A stretch of DNA of 32,000 bases, from NCBI RefSeq assembly GCF_003072485.1, contig NZ_CP025989.1, positions 390,001 to 422,000 on the forward strand, given 5' to 3'. Below the pieces are notes generated by a model. That model searched no databases. It saw nothing but the letters and a program-made list of their open reading frames with translations, and had not been told where the DNA came from. Below, in pieces: positions 17,193 through 27,246 of the stretch (positions are counted from its first letter, which is position 1; every line of letters starts with the position of its first letter). The translations under genes were made by a program, and so were the position numbers. This DNA is from Candidatus Fokinia solitaria. Its GTDB lineage: Bacteria > Pseudomonadota > Alphaproteobacteria > Rickettsiales > Midichloriaceae.

Positions 17193-18707
17193 CTATTTTC
17201 GCGCGAAAGCATCTACAATCTCATTTAAAGCCATTGTCCTTGCGCCCTTCACAACAAGCACATCATCTTGGCGTAACACGTTATTCAACTCGTTTATTAT
17301 CTCGTCATTAGTATGGAAAAGCCGAAAATTCTTCTTTTGTTCTATCGTAGACAATGCATCCTTCATGTGTTCTCCTACTAAAAACACCATATCTACACTG
17401 CTATCAGCAACGTACGTCAAAGCTCTAACATGTTCTTTGTGAGATAAGTTTCCAAGTTCTGCCATATCTCCAAGCACGGCGATCGTTCTACCATTCATCG
17501 CTTTCCCAAACATAATCGCTCTATCAATCATTGCCATAATGGCATTTGGAGGATTATTGTATGATTCATCTAATAATAAGAAGCGTTCCGTTTTTATATT
17601 GCAGAAAGTTGCAGCTCCTCGTCCTTGGAGTGCTTTAAATTCCTGAAAGATATCGCTGCATTCAAAAAGTATACTCTCATAATTGCTTATATCTAATACC
17701 TTACATACGGAGGAGATTGCACATAACGCCGCGATGCTGTTACTTACAATATGATTTCCTATATCACCTATTGTATACTTCATCGTATTACCACATACAA
17801 CTGCTTCTACATCCGTAGAAAAAGCTTCTTTAGTGAAGTGAGAAGTGAAATTTCTAAGCCTATACTCTGTCCCTGCTCCACCGTAAAGAATGATCTCTCT
17901 TTCACTTTTTTTAAGAAAACTATAAACCTCATCAAAGTAATTAATATCCATATTCACTATACATAGGCATTTTTCATGAAAGACCTCGAGTTTTGCCTTA
18001 TGAATCTCTTGAATTGTATTAAAAGATCCGACGTGCGCGCTGCTTACTGAGACTAGCATTGATATATCAGGCTTTGCCAATGTTACCATTTCCTTTATTT
18101 CGCCCTTTTCACTCATTCCAACTTCTAATATCAAGCATTTCAGATCTTTATCAACGTTACAGATAGTTTGCATTACTCCTATCATAGTATTTCTATTACC
18201 TTCATTTTCTGCAACGTGAGTACAAAGAACATCTTCATCGTAATATGCATTCGCTAAAACTTTTCTCAGACCGCTTACTATCATTTCCTTGATAGTAGTT
18301 TTTCCGTAACTTCCCGTAAGGCATAAGACTATTCCACTCATAGCATTCCGCTTATATTCAGCTATAACGTGAAATGCTTTTATCGTATTTTGCGTCACTA
18401 TTACGAATGCCGAGTGCTCTCCTAAGGATTTGTATAGCTTGAGTGATTTTTTACTATTGATCATTACAACTTTAGCGCCTTTTGTAATTGCTTCACATGC
18501 AAAATCAGAACCATCATGCTTCCTACCTCGTAGTCCTATAAAGATAGTGTCTTTTCTTATGTCTTTGCTGGAGAATGAGAAGAAAGATAACGGTATATGG
18601 TCCGGCCGATACGGTAGCAGGCCGTCCTGCGACACTCTGAATACAGTGTATCTGACTTGCTGCTCATCCAGTATAAGCTGAATTGTTTTCAGAGAAAACA
18701 TTGACAT
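17193..18707 (-). CDS. murF: UDP-N-acetylmuramoyl-tripeptide--D-alanyl-D-alanine ligase MurF
   Basis: SKDIRKDTIFIGLRGRKHDGSDFACEAITKGA, LTGSYGKTTIKEM (P-loop), DESYNNPPNAIMA, and C-terminal VLVVKGARTMALNEIV are the typical Mur ligase/MurF layout. Confidence 0.9.
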   Translation of the reverse strand: MSMFSLKTIQLILDEQQVRYTVFRVSQDGLLPYRPDHIPLSFFSFSSKDIRKDTIFIGLRGRKHDGSDFACEAITKGAKVVMINSKKSLKLYKSLGEHSAFVIVTQNTIKAFHVIAEYKRNAMSGIVLCLTGSYGKTTIKEMIVSGLRKVLANAYYDEDVLCTHVAENEGNRNTMIGVMQTICNVDKDLKCLILEVGMSEKGEIKEMVTLAKPDISMLVSVSSAHVGSFNTIQEIHKAKLEVFHEKCLCIVNMDINYFDEVYSFLKKSEREIILYGGAGTEYRLRNFTSHFTKEAFSTDVEAVVCGNTMKYTIGDIGNHIVSNSIAALCAISSVCKVLDISNYESILFECSDIFQEFKALQGRGAATFCNIKTERFLLLDESYNNPPNAIMAMIDRAIMFGKAMNGRTIAVLGDMAELGNLSHKEHVRALTYVADSSVDMVFLVGEHMKDALSTIEQKKNFRLFHTNDEIINELNNVLRQDDVLVVKGARTMALNEIVDAFARK

Positions 18708-18785
18708 CTATTTTTTAATTGATGCGATTCTATCGTTGTTATGCGCTTATTGCAATCAAATGATTGGCGTAATTGAAATTTTCAT

Positions 18786-19172
18786 TTAGCTTCGAGATCT
18801 ATGCTTATCCTTCATACGATTATTTTTCCGTAACATTAAAAATGTCACCCAAAATCCTTCTTTATTCTTATGCATGAGTGCACTTATATACATTTTAGAA
18901 ATATTACGTTTTATAATTAGATTCGTCCAAAATCCGTGAGGCTTTACAATGCCGACGATCTCCTTTTCATCATATTCGCGATCATCGTATATGATTTTTC
19001 CATCTTTCATTTTTTTAAGTGTGACATGTTGTTTTGTTTTACTCGATTCAGCAAAAATGTCTTCCTCATATGCTGCTGTTTGTTTTGCATTATATATAGA
19101 CTTTCTCAATACGTAGAATAGCGTTGATATTACTACTGCAAAGACAATCACAAGCACCGATATATGTAGCAA
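18786..19172 (-). CDS. Hypothetical N-terminally membrane-anchored 128-aa basic protein
   Basis: Hydrophobic ISVLVIVFAVVISTLFYVL at the start, then K/E-rich, with two GFW(T/V)..L(I/M)..(K/R)(R/K)N segments. Only a TTG start (19172) is available and no family is recognised. Confidence 0.5.
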   Translation of the reverse strand: MLHISVLVIVFAVVISTLFYVLRKSIYNAKQTAAYEEDIFAESSKTKQHVTLKKMKDGKIIYDDREYDEKEIVGIVKPHGFWTNLIIKRNISKMYISALMHKNKEGFWVTFLMLRKNNRMKDKHRSRS

Positions 19173-19349
19173 ATTATACGATGCACACCATTTTATTAAA
19201 TTATAAAGCGTATTTTCTATAGAAGCAAATTACTCCGTCTATACAATGATAAAAAGTACTCTCGCATGCCAAAACAGGATTTTAGTAGACTTATGGATCT
19301 GAGTATATTACACTCCGTGCTGTAAGGTGTTTGTTTATAAGATAAGCAA

Positions 19350-19613
19350 GTGGATACTCAGAAAAAAAGAGAGATAGTTCAGCAGTACCGTTTAAGCGAG
19401 AACGATACTGGTTCTCCTGAGGTACAGTGTGCGCTATTTACTGCTAAGATACAGAGTATCATTGAGCATTTACATACAGCGAAGAAGGACTTTAGTAGCC
19501 GTAGAGGACTTGTAATGCTTGTTAATTCACGTAGAAGATTGTTGCAGTACTTAAAGAGAAAGTCCTCTATTCGCTATAGCGAACTGATTAAGAAGTTAGG
19601 TATACGTAAGTAA
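19350..19613 (+). CDS. rpsO: 30S ribosomal protein S15
   Basis: ENDTGSPEVQCALFTAKIQSIIEHLHTAKKDFSSRRGLVMLVNSRRRLLQYLKRK...LIKKLGIRK. GTG start. Confidence 0.93.
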   Translation: MDTQKKREIVQQYRLSENDTGSPEVQCALFTAKIQSIIEHLHTAKKDFSSRRGLVMLVNSRRRLLQYLKRKSSIRYSELIKKLGIRK

Positions 19614-19689
19614 TTGTAAATTATATTTTCTAAGTGCTGGAGGCTATGGTATGATCGCACACCGAAAATAAATAGATAAAAGATATTAA

Positions 19690-22038
19690 ATGTTATCGGA
19701 ACTTTCAAAGATTCCTTTCGTGTTGTGTGATGGAGATGTGCAACTTGAAATCGGAACATTAGCCGCGCAGTCGGATTCTTCTGTAGTAGTGAAGTATGGA
19801 AATACGACTGTACTTTGCGTAGTGGTCTATTCTCAGCTAGAAAAAGACATGGGATTCTTACCATTACAAGTAAATTATCAAGAAAAATTTTACGCTTCAG
19901 GGAAAATACCTGGTGGTTTTATAAAGCGTGAAACTAAACCGAGTGAAAGAGAGATTTTAATTGCCCGTAGATTAGATAGACAAATACGTCCGTTATTTGA
20001 TTCAAGTTGCACGAAAACTGAAATTCAGATTTCATGCACTACGCTATCTTACGATCCGAAATTTGATCCTGAAGTCGCTGCATCTCTTGGAGTATCTGCC
20101 GCTTTATTACTTTCTGAGCTTCCATTTGGCGGTCCAGTTTGTATGGTAAAAGGTAAAATGTTTCAGAATGCAAGATCGGAAATCATTATAGCGTTCACTG
20201 AAACTTCAGTTGTAATGATTGAAGGAAAATTTCCAGAATGCAGTACAGACGATTTTATTTCTGCTTTAGAAAATGTCCGTACTGAATCAAATGTAAGTCA
20301 GTTCATTACCTTAATCAAAAATTTTGTACAAGAATACAAGATATATGAGGAAAAAAGCCGAAAACGAGATGTTAGCGTAAACTCTGACATAATTGAGGTG
20401 CATTCCGTGCTTATACATTCTCAACGAGTTGGTATGCAGGCAAGACTGGAGAAGCATATTGCGCTTTGCAATGAGTTGATGAAGGTGAATGATATTTCAA
20501 AATATCTAGAGCAAATATATAAATTATCGGATAAAAAAGCGCGCAAGAAGAATATGCTAATTTTGAAGAAATGCCTTATTCTTGAAATATGCAACTTATA
20601 TTCTGGTCAGTTGACTGAAAAGTCTCTTTTTAAAAATGTCAGTAATGCTGTTAAGGCTGAATTCAATGCACTTTGGGAGGAAGGACTTCCTATAGAGGCA
20701 ATTTCTCATTTCGTTGATAGATATGCTATTGAAGAAAGTTCTAGTATCATGAGAAGAAATTTGAAAAATCTCAGAACGAGATTAGACGGTAGAAAAACTG
20801 ATGAAATAAGAACGCTTACTGCATTTCACTCGTATATTCCAAGTGCACATGGTTCCGCTTTATTTTCAAGAGGAGAAACTCAAGTACTTGCTGCAGTAAC
20901 ATTAGGAGGTAAGCAAGATGAGCAGCTTTCAGAAACGATAGTAGGAAGTAATAGAGAGAATCTTATGTTGCACTATAATTTTCCTAAATGGTCAGTTGGT
21001 GAGATATCTACAAGTCCTTCTCTAAGTAGAAGAGAAATAGGACACGGAAATTTGGCATTATCGGCAATTTCTAACGTTTTATCAAATATTGGAAATTTTG
21101 ATTATACAATAAGAATAGTTGCTGATGTACTATCTTCCAATGGTTCATCTTCAATGGCTACTGTGTGTGCATCTTCCATTGCTTTAATGGATGCAGGAGT
21201 GCCAATCTCTAAGCATATTGCTGGTGTTGCAGTTGGCGTCGTGAAAATGGATGATGAATTGATTGTGCTATCTGATATAAGTGGCGATGAGGATCAATTA
21301 GGCGATATGGATTTAAAAATTACTGGCACTAAAGATGGCTTTACAGCAATTCAGATGGATATAAAAATTACCGGAGTACAATTTAGTGAGTTAAAAGTAG
21401 TACTTGATAAAGCTAAACTGTCTTTAGATAACATACTAGACTTTATGTATTCAGTAATAAGCGTGCCATCAACTTCTTCTAATAGCCCTCAGACGATTGT
21501 AGTGAAAATTCCAAAAGAAAAGATCAGAAATGTTATAGGGCAAGGTGGTTCTATGATAAAACACATATGTGCTACTTCAGGTGCCAAAGTTGATATAAAA
21601 GATACAGGTGAAGCAAAGATCCTTGGAAATGCAGATTCAATAGAAAAAGCACGACAAATGATCGTAGATATTACTAAAGATGTAGAAGTTAATCAGATAT
21701 ATGATGGCTTGATAGTAAAAGTTGTAGATTTCGGATGTTTTGTAAAATTACCTACTGGAATAGAAGGACTTTTGCATGTGAGTGAAATCCCTAAGGACGA
21801 AGCTGGTCTTTTCGTGGAAGGCTATAAGTTAAAAGTTAAAGTTATGAGAGTCGAAAATAATAGAATCTCTTTAACTGCGCTTATAGATCGCAAGAAAAAT
21901 CATTCTAAAGATGAAGAACTTGAAACGGATAACAGTAGACAAAAAGCAAAACTTAGATATCGTAAAGAAAACGCATCTCAAGAAGCTGCAGATAATGAGA
22001 ATGGAGACTCTAGCGGTAAGAAATGGAGATTTACGTAA
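19690..22038 (+). CDS. pnp: Polyribonucleotide nucleotidyltransferase (PNPase)
   Basis: Two RNase PH domains (GKIPGGFIKRE...; RLDGRKTDEIR...GHGNLA...SSNGSSSMA...GDEDQLGDMDLKITGT), a KH domain (IGQGGSMIK) and an S1 domain (GLIVKVVDFGCFVKL). Canonical rpsO-pnp linkage. Confidence 0.97.
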   Translation: MLSELSKIPFVLCDGDVQLEIGTLAAQSDSSVVVKYGNTTVLCVVVYSQLEKDMGFLPLQVNYQEKFYASGKIPGGFIKRETKPSEREILIARRLDRQIRPLFDSSCTKTEIQISCTTLSYDPKFDPEVAASLGVSAALLLSELPFGGPVCMVKGKMFQNARSEIIIAFTETSVVMIEGKFPECSTDDFISALENVRTESNVSQFITLIKNFVQEYKIYEEKSRKRDVSVNSDIIEVHSVLIHSQRVGMQARLEKHIALCNELMKVNDISKYLEQIYKLSDKKARKKNMLILKKCLILEICNLYSGQLTEKSLFKNVSNAVKAEFNALWEEGLPIEAISHFVDRYAIEESSSIMRRNLKNLRTRLDGRKTDEIRTLTAFHSYIPSAHGSALFSRGETQVLAAVTLGGKQDEQLSETIVGSNRENLMLHYNFPKWSVGEISTSPSLSRREIGHGNLALSAISNVLSNIGNFDYTIRIVADVLSSNGSSSMATVCASSIALMDAGVPISKHIAGVAVGVVKMDDELIVLSDISGDEDQLGDMDLKITGTKDGFTAIQMDIKITGVQFSELKVVLDKAKLSLDNILDFMYSVISVPSTSSNSPQTIVVKIPKEKIRNVIGQGGSMIKHICATSGAKVDIKDTGEAKILGNADSIEKARQMIVDITKDVEVNQIYDGLIVKVVDFGCFVKLPTGIEGLLHVSEIPKDEAGLFVEGYKLKVKVMRVENNRISLTALIDRKKNHSKDEELETDNSRQKAKLRYRKENASQEAADNENGDSSGKKWRFT

Positions 22039-22104
22039 GATCTTCTTTAACTGATCGGCAAGCTGCACTGAATTGATTTTTTATTGAAGATAGCTGCATT
22101 TTTT

Positions 22105-24462
22105 ATGTCTAATAATTCAAAAAGAAGAAGAATTGTTCATAAAAAGCACTTTTTACGTCTTTTGGTGCGTTTGCTGATTAATAGGATTAATAATATCTCT
22201 CTATACGGTATTATATGGTACTTTCTATGTTTCTCTATCTCGTTTTTAGTTGCTGTAGTAGCAATAAGCTCGCTGCGATTTATGATCAATTTACCAAATT
22301 ATGAGATTTTGGTTAATTATGAGCCCTCCTCCGTTACTAGAGTGTACGATGTAGAGGGAAACGTAATTGGAGAGCAAGCTATTGAATATAGAATACCTGT
22401 ATCTTTTGACGATATACCGAAAGTTGTAATAGATGCTTTCTTAGCAGCAGAAGACAAAAGCTTTTTTGAGCACGATGGCATAGACTTTACTGGTATAATG
22501 AGAGCTTTGATACAAACAGTATTTAGAGTAGGTAAAGGCAAAACTCCTGTTGGAGGTTCAACAATTACTCAGCAGATTATAAAATCAATTCTTATCGGAA
22601 GTGAGCAAACAATCTCTAGAAAAGTAAAAGAGGCAATATTAGCTTATAAAATAAGCAGTATCATCGATAAAGATACTCTTATGGAGCTTTATTTAAATTA
22701 CATTTTCCTTGGAAATAATTCATATGGTATAGTAGCAGCTGCACGTTCTTATTTTAATAAAAATCTTACTGAACTCTCATTGCAAGAAGCTGCCCTTCTC
22801 GCTGCATTACCGAAAGCACCTACTAAACTTAATCCATTTCATAATCAAGAATATGCGCTTACTAGAAGAAATTGGGTAATTCAACGAATGTATCGCGAAA
22901 ACTTTATCACAAAAAGTCAAGCAACAGCAGCTATAAATACTCCTATTACACTAGTTTCTCCCTCGAAGAATAAAGCATCTAGTGCGATGTATTACTCGGA
23001 ATATGGCAATCAAGTTTTAGAGGAAGCTAAAGTTGCGTATGGCACAGATACAATTAATGAATCAGGATTGGTAATATACTCTAATATGGAAGCTGATATA
23101 CAGCGTGCATGTGTAGATGCGCTGAATAAAGGAATAGAAAAATATAGTGCAGAAAATGGTAAGTGGCTTAATATCATAGATCACATTTCCGATTATGATG
23201 AATCATCGCCTAAGCTTGAAAAAATAGCACTATTACGTAATTTACGAGCTAAATTTTTACGTGATGATGAAGTAGTACACGATGATAATGTAATTTCAAT
23301 AGGGGTAATAGACGGAAAAACTAGTACTAATTTGTCGATATTAGCCTTGGATTCTACTGTTTTTACGATCAATTACAGCAAGGATCATAATGTCAAAGAT
23401 ACTTCATTTCGTATAGGAGACGTATTGCTGATATCGAAAGACCGAAAGAATGAGTATGCGCCATACAAAATACCACAGGTAAATGGCGCAATGGTAGTAC
23501 TTGAAAGATTTACAGGTAAGGTATTAGCTTTTTCTGGAGGATACAAAAATCCTTTGCTACAACATGATTATTTTAATCGTGCATTTTTCGCCAAAAGACA
23601 GCCAGGCTCTTTGATGAAGACTCTCATATATTTGAGTGCGCTGAGAGAAGGATATACCCTTTCCTCTATTCTTTCAGATGAGCCAATTTCTCTTGATGCT
23701 GGTGATGGCACAGTGTGGAGTCCGAAAAATTGGGATAATAAATTTATAGGAGATATATCTCTATTAGATGCATTTGCGCTATCGAGAAATACTGTTACTG
23801 TGAAGTTACTAATGCAACTTGGATTGCCTAGAGTTGTAGCACTATGTAAGCAATTTGGACTATATGATAATGAGATAGACTATTCTCGTATAGGATATTC
23901 TTTTGCGCTTGGTACTTTAGAAACAACTCTACTTAAAATTACAAATGCATATAATATCATTGCAAGTCATGGATATAAGGTGTCTCCTCAGCTAATCAAT
24001 GCAATATACGATAAAGCAGGAAACGTAATCCAACAGAATGAATATATCTCAACGAATGAATTATATACTCGTAGCATTTCAAATATCGCAGATAGTGATA
24101 GCAAAGACTATGAGCCACTTTATGATGCTTCTTTCCAGCAGGTCATAGAAAAAGATACCGCGTTACAAATGCTTACTTTGCTTCAATATGCGACAAAAGA
24201 GCGTTTTCAAAATAGTAAATTATCTAATGCAGGAGGTAAAACAGGCACTACCAATGAAAGCAAAGATGTATTCTTTATAGGCTGTGGAGATAGATATACC
24301 GTAGGAATATATATCGGATTTGATACGCCGAAAACACTAGGTAAGAATATTTACGGAAGAAATACAGCATTACCAATTTTTGTCGATTTTATGGAAAAAG
24401 TTTTGCCAAATGATACGTTATCACTTGGATACGAACCCTTTATTTTGCATTTTACTTCATGA
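22105..24462 (+). CDS. mrcA: Class A penicillin-binding protein (bifunctional glycosyltransferase/transpeptidase, PBP1A-like)
   Basis: N-terminal TM anchor. GT51 motifs AAEDKSFFEHDGID, GGSTITQQ and RRNWVIQRM. Transpeptidase motifs SLMK (SxxK), SRN and KTGTT. The track start at 22084 is TTG; ATG at 22105 is used. Confidence 0.93.
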   Translation: MSNNSKRRRIVHKKHFLRLLVRLLINRINNISLYGIIWYFLCFSISFLVAVVAISSLRFMINLPNYEILVNYEPSSVTRVYDVEGNVIGEQAIEYRIPVSFDDIPKVVIDAFLAAEDKSFFEHDGIDFTGIMRALIQTVFRVGKGKTPVGGSTITQQIIKSILIGSEQTISRKVKEAILAYKISSIIDKDTLMELYLNYIFLGNNSYGIVAAARSYFNKNLTELSLQEAALLAALPKAPTKLNPFHNQEYALTRRNWVIQRMYRENFITKSQATAAINTPITLVSPSKNKASSAMYYSEYGNQVLEEAKVAYGTDTINESGLVIYSNMEADIQRACVDALNKGIEKYSAENGKWLNIIDHISDYDESSPKLEKIALLRNLRAKFLRDDEVVHDDNVISIGVIDGKTSTNLSILALDSTVFTINYSKDHNVKDTSFRIGDVLLISKDRKNEYAPYKIPQVNGAMVVLERFTGKVLAFSGGYKNPLLQHDYFNRAFFAKRQPGSLMKTLIYLSALREGYTLSSILSDEPISLDAGDGTVWSPKNWDNKFIGDISLLDAFALSRNTVTVKLLMQLGLPRVVALCKQFGLYDNEIDYSRIGYSFALGTLETTLLKITNAYNIIASHGYKVSPQLINAIYDKAGNVIQQNEYISTNELYTRSISNIADSDSKDYEPLYDASFQQVIEKDTALQMLTLLQYATKERFQNSKLSNAGGKTGTTNESKDVFFIGCGDRYTVGIYIGFDTPKTLGKNIYGRNTALPIFVDFMEKVLPNDTLSLGYEPFILHFTS

Positions 24463-24650
24463 AATTGTATAATGCTTGTACTTTTTATGCTATGAGTATG
24501 AGTAAAGATACCTGTAAAAAAGAACGCTTAGCACGGCAATTAAGAGAAAATTTAGTAAGAAGAAAAGAAGTAGTGCGTACGAAAAAAAGCGATGTAAATG
24601 GTATTCAAGGCACTAAGATCAAGCAAGGTGATAAAAAAGATGAGAACTGA
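24459..24650 (+). CDS. Possible small basic protein (63 aa or shorter)
   Basis: ATGA overlap with the mrcA stop and an 11-nt overlap with the next gene. KKERLARQLRENLVRRKEVVRTKK is highly basic. No family recognised; this may simply be intergenic sequence. Confidence 0.3.
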   Translation: MKLYNACTFYAMSMSKDTCKKERLARQLRENLVRRKEVVRTKKSDVNGIQGTKIKQGDKKDEN

Positions 24651-25362
24651 ATCAATTGAAGGAAGTGATAATAGAAAAGTTGTGCAATTGCACTACTCCT
24701 CTATATGTCCATTCTCAAGAATGGTGAGAATTGCACTATTAGAGCAAAAATATGAAGTGCATTTAGTAGAGGAGGCTTATGTGCACGATAATCATGAGAT
24801 ACTTGCAATTAATCCACTTGGAACTTTGCCTTTTATGGTATTTCAAGGAAATGTAGTGATAAAAAATTTGTGGAGTATAATAGATTATCTCATTAATACG
24901 AATGATGCATCGCGGCACACTGTGATGCCCTCCTTCTTTAAAAATTTCGAAAGAGCGGAAATACTGTTTAACGTTGAATGGTTTTGTACAAAATTTTTTA
25001 ATGAAGTAACGCTTCCGATCATACAGCAGAAAATTATCAACTTTACCACTAGACGTGCGCCGCCTAATTCAACAAGCATAAGAAATGCTTTAAGAAATAT
25101 GCACATACATATGGAATATCTTAAGTTATCTCTTGCAGAAAGTAATTACATTGAAAGTAGTATGCCTACGATTGCGGATTACAGTGCTGCAGCACAATTA
25201 TCTATCTTGGATTATACTGGAGATATTATGTGGAATTCTATTAATAAGAGAATCAAAGGATGGTATTCATTAATAAAGTCTCGTTCTAGTTTTAGAGCGG
25301 TATTAAGAGATAGGATACTTTCTCTCTCTCCTCCATCTCATTATGAAGATCCTGATTTCTAA
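24640..25362 (+). CDS. Glutathione S-transferase family protein (thioredoxin-like N-domain with CPFS motif)
   Basis: QLHYSSICPFSRMVRIALLEQKYEV...INPLGTLPFMV is a GST N-domain pattern. The C-terminal helical domain has IADYSAAAQLSILDY. Start taken at the internal ATG at 24640. Confidence 0.7.
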   Translation: MRTESIEGSDNRKVVQLHYSSICPFSRMVRIALLEQKYEVHLVEEAYVHDNHEILAINPLGTLPFMVFQGNVVIKNLWSIIDYLINTNDASRHTVMPSFFKNFERAEILFNVEWFCTKFFNEVTLPIIQQKIINFTTRRAPPNSTSIRNALRNMHIHMEYLKLSLAESNYIESSMPTIADYSAAAQLSILDYTGDIMWNSINKRIKGWYSLIKSRSSFRAVLRDRILSLSPPSHYEDPDF

Positions 25363-25455
25363 TTTATTTTAAAAGAGAAATTGGAAAGATTTCTGTAATC
25401 TATGCAATTACAGCGAATTGATGTATGCTAATCACTGATCCATTGCAATTCTCTT

Positions 25456-27222
25456 ATGAGTACCATAGACGTACTAACTGCAAAAGTTAGAATCTCCGAT
25501 TACATTGGACAATTTGTTAAGCTAAGGGCTAGTAATAGAGCTGAAAAAGTTGGTCTTTGTCCATTTCATAATGAAAAAACTCCATCATTTAACGTCAATG
25601 ACGAGAAAGCAGTTTTTTACTGCTTTGCTTGTGGCGCTGGAGGAAATATTATTACGTTTGCAAGTAAGTATCATAAAGTATCAGCAGGTGAAGCGGTAAA
25701 AATGCTAGCCAAACAGTATAATATACCACTTTCTACTACTCAATCAGCAACAAAATTCAATAACTTGTACGATATTCATGATACTATCACGAATTTCTAT
25801 CATGAAAACTTACGAAAATCCAAAGTTGCACTAGAATATTTGAAAGAACGCGGCCTTAATGATGAGGTAATTGATAAATATAAGCTTGGCTATTCTTCTG
25901 GTGATATCGACGAATTACTAGATAGAGTGAAATCGCAAAATCTATCACAATACATAGATGATACAAAGATAATACATACATATAATGGAAAAAAAGTGGA
26001 TTTTTTCAGCAAAAGGATAATCTTTCCGATTATGGATACAAGAGGTCGTACTATAGGATGGGGAGGACGCACGATGTCCACTTCTCATCAGCCTAAGTAT
26101 CTCAATTCACGCGAGACCGAGCTTTTTAAAAAAAGTGATTCAATGTACGGTATGCATCATGCGCTACGTGCACTTGACGTAAAAGCATCTGACTTTTCAA
26201 GCAAGATCATTATCGTTGAAGGATATATGGATGTATTGAAGTTGGCAAGTAAGGGTATTTATACTGGTATTGCAGTGTTAGGTACTGCGATAAATGTGGA
26301 GCATGTAGTGAAAGTATGCAACATTACTAAAAGTTATCCAATAATATGTATGGATAACGATGAAGCAGGAAAAAAAGCAGCGCTAAGATTAGCTTATTCT
26401 CTAGTAAAAGTTATGTCAAAGGATGTGACTGCGGCCTTCTTCTCTGCAGGATTTGGAAAAGATTTAGATGAATTTTTACATACTAAAACTTCTTCAGAAT
26501 TACTTACAGAGATAAATAGTAATACTGTTTCCGTGTTAGATCTAATTTTTGATGATATATGCAGTACAGTGCATGCACCGTCAAAACCTGAAAGATTTGC
26601 CATGATAGATAGTAAAATCGTGGAAGTTACTCAAAATATCTCTCAGCTTAATTTTAGAAAAGACTGTATTTATTATCTGAGGGAAAAGCTATGGCATTTA
26701 AAAAGAGAAAAGAAAAATACTGAGGATTTACCGAAAAGTACCATTATAAGTAATAAAATTCAGAAACCTTTCTTTCATGAAGCAATAGTCATGGATTTAT
26801 TAGCATTTTTATCCCATAATTTGCACTATCTTAATGATGAAAGAGTGTTATCTGTACTAGAAGAATTACAGATAAGCGATGAAAAATTGCAGAAAATTAG
26901 TGAAGCAATGATAGCTTATGGAGAGCAGTATCAAAGCGTTTGCAATACTCATGAAATGAAAGAAGTTCATGCGCTTTTGACGGAAAGATTAAAACATCTT
27001 CGAGAATTTGATATAGATACTCTTCTTGGTTATTTTGCACCAAATGAATGGAGACAGAAAAAAGAAGAGTATGATAAAATTGACTCATCTCAGCCAATTT
27101 CAGATACTGTACTTGATATTGTAGAAGATTTTGTAGAATACAACTATAAACTGACCTTTAGCAATGCAAATAGTTATGCTAAAAATATAGCGATATTAAA
27201 GAAAAGAACTGATAAATTTTAA
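25456..27222 (+). CDS. dnaG: DNA primase DnaG
   Basis: CHC2 zinc finger CPFHNEKTPSFNVNDEKAVFYCFACGAGGN. RNA-polymerase core YLNSRETELFKKS. TOPRIM IIIVEGYMDVL ... CMDNDEAGKKAA. Confidence 0.95.
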   Translation: MSTIDVLTAKVRISDYIGQFVKLRASNRAEKVGLCPFHNEKTPSFNVNDEKAVFYCFACGAGGNIITFASKYHKVSAGEAVKMLAKQYNIPLSTTQSATKFNNLYDIHDTITNFYHENLRKSKVALEYLKERGLNDEVIDKYKLGYSSGDIDELLDRVKSQNLSQYIDDTKIIHTYNGKKVDFFSKRIIFPIMDTRGRTIGWGGRTMSTSHQPKYLNSRETELFKKSDSMYGMHHALRALDVKASDFSSKIIIVEGYMDVLKLASKGIYTGIAVLGTAINVEHVVKVCNITKSYPIICMDNDEAGKKAALRLAYSLVKVMSKDVTAAFFSAGFGKDLDEFLHTKTSSELLTEINSNTVSVLDLIFDDICSTVHAPSKPERFAMIDSKIVEVTQNISQLNFRKDCIYYLREKLWHLKREKKNTEDLPKSTIISNKIQKPFFHEAIVMDLLAFLSHNLHYLNDERVLSVLEELQISDEKLQKISEAMIAYGEQYQSVCNTHEMKEVHALLTERLKHLREFDIDTLLGYFAPNEWRQKKEEYDKIDSSQPISDTVLDIVEDFVEYNYKLTFSNANSYAKNIAILKKRTDKF

Positions 27223-27246
27223 CTATTAATACTTACTTAATCATCT

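Noticed and set aside
17120-18681. Plus-strand ORFs 17120..17311, 17146..17442, 17751..17966 and 18430..18681
   Set aside because: All antisense within murF, whose Mur-ligase motifs are clear.
25393-25413. 7-bp inverted repeat CTGTAAT-ctatgca-ATTACAG between the GST-like gene and dnaG
   Set aside because: AT-rich stem with no following T-run. Too weak to call a terminator or operator.
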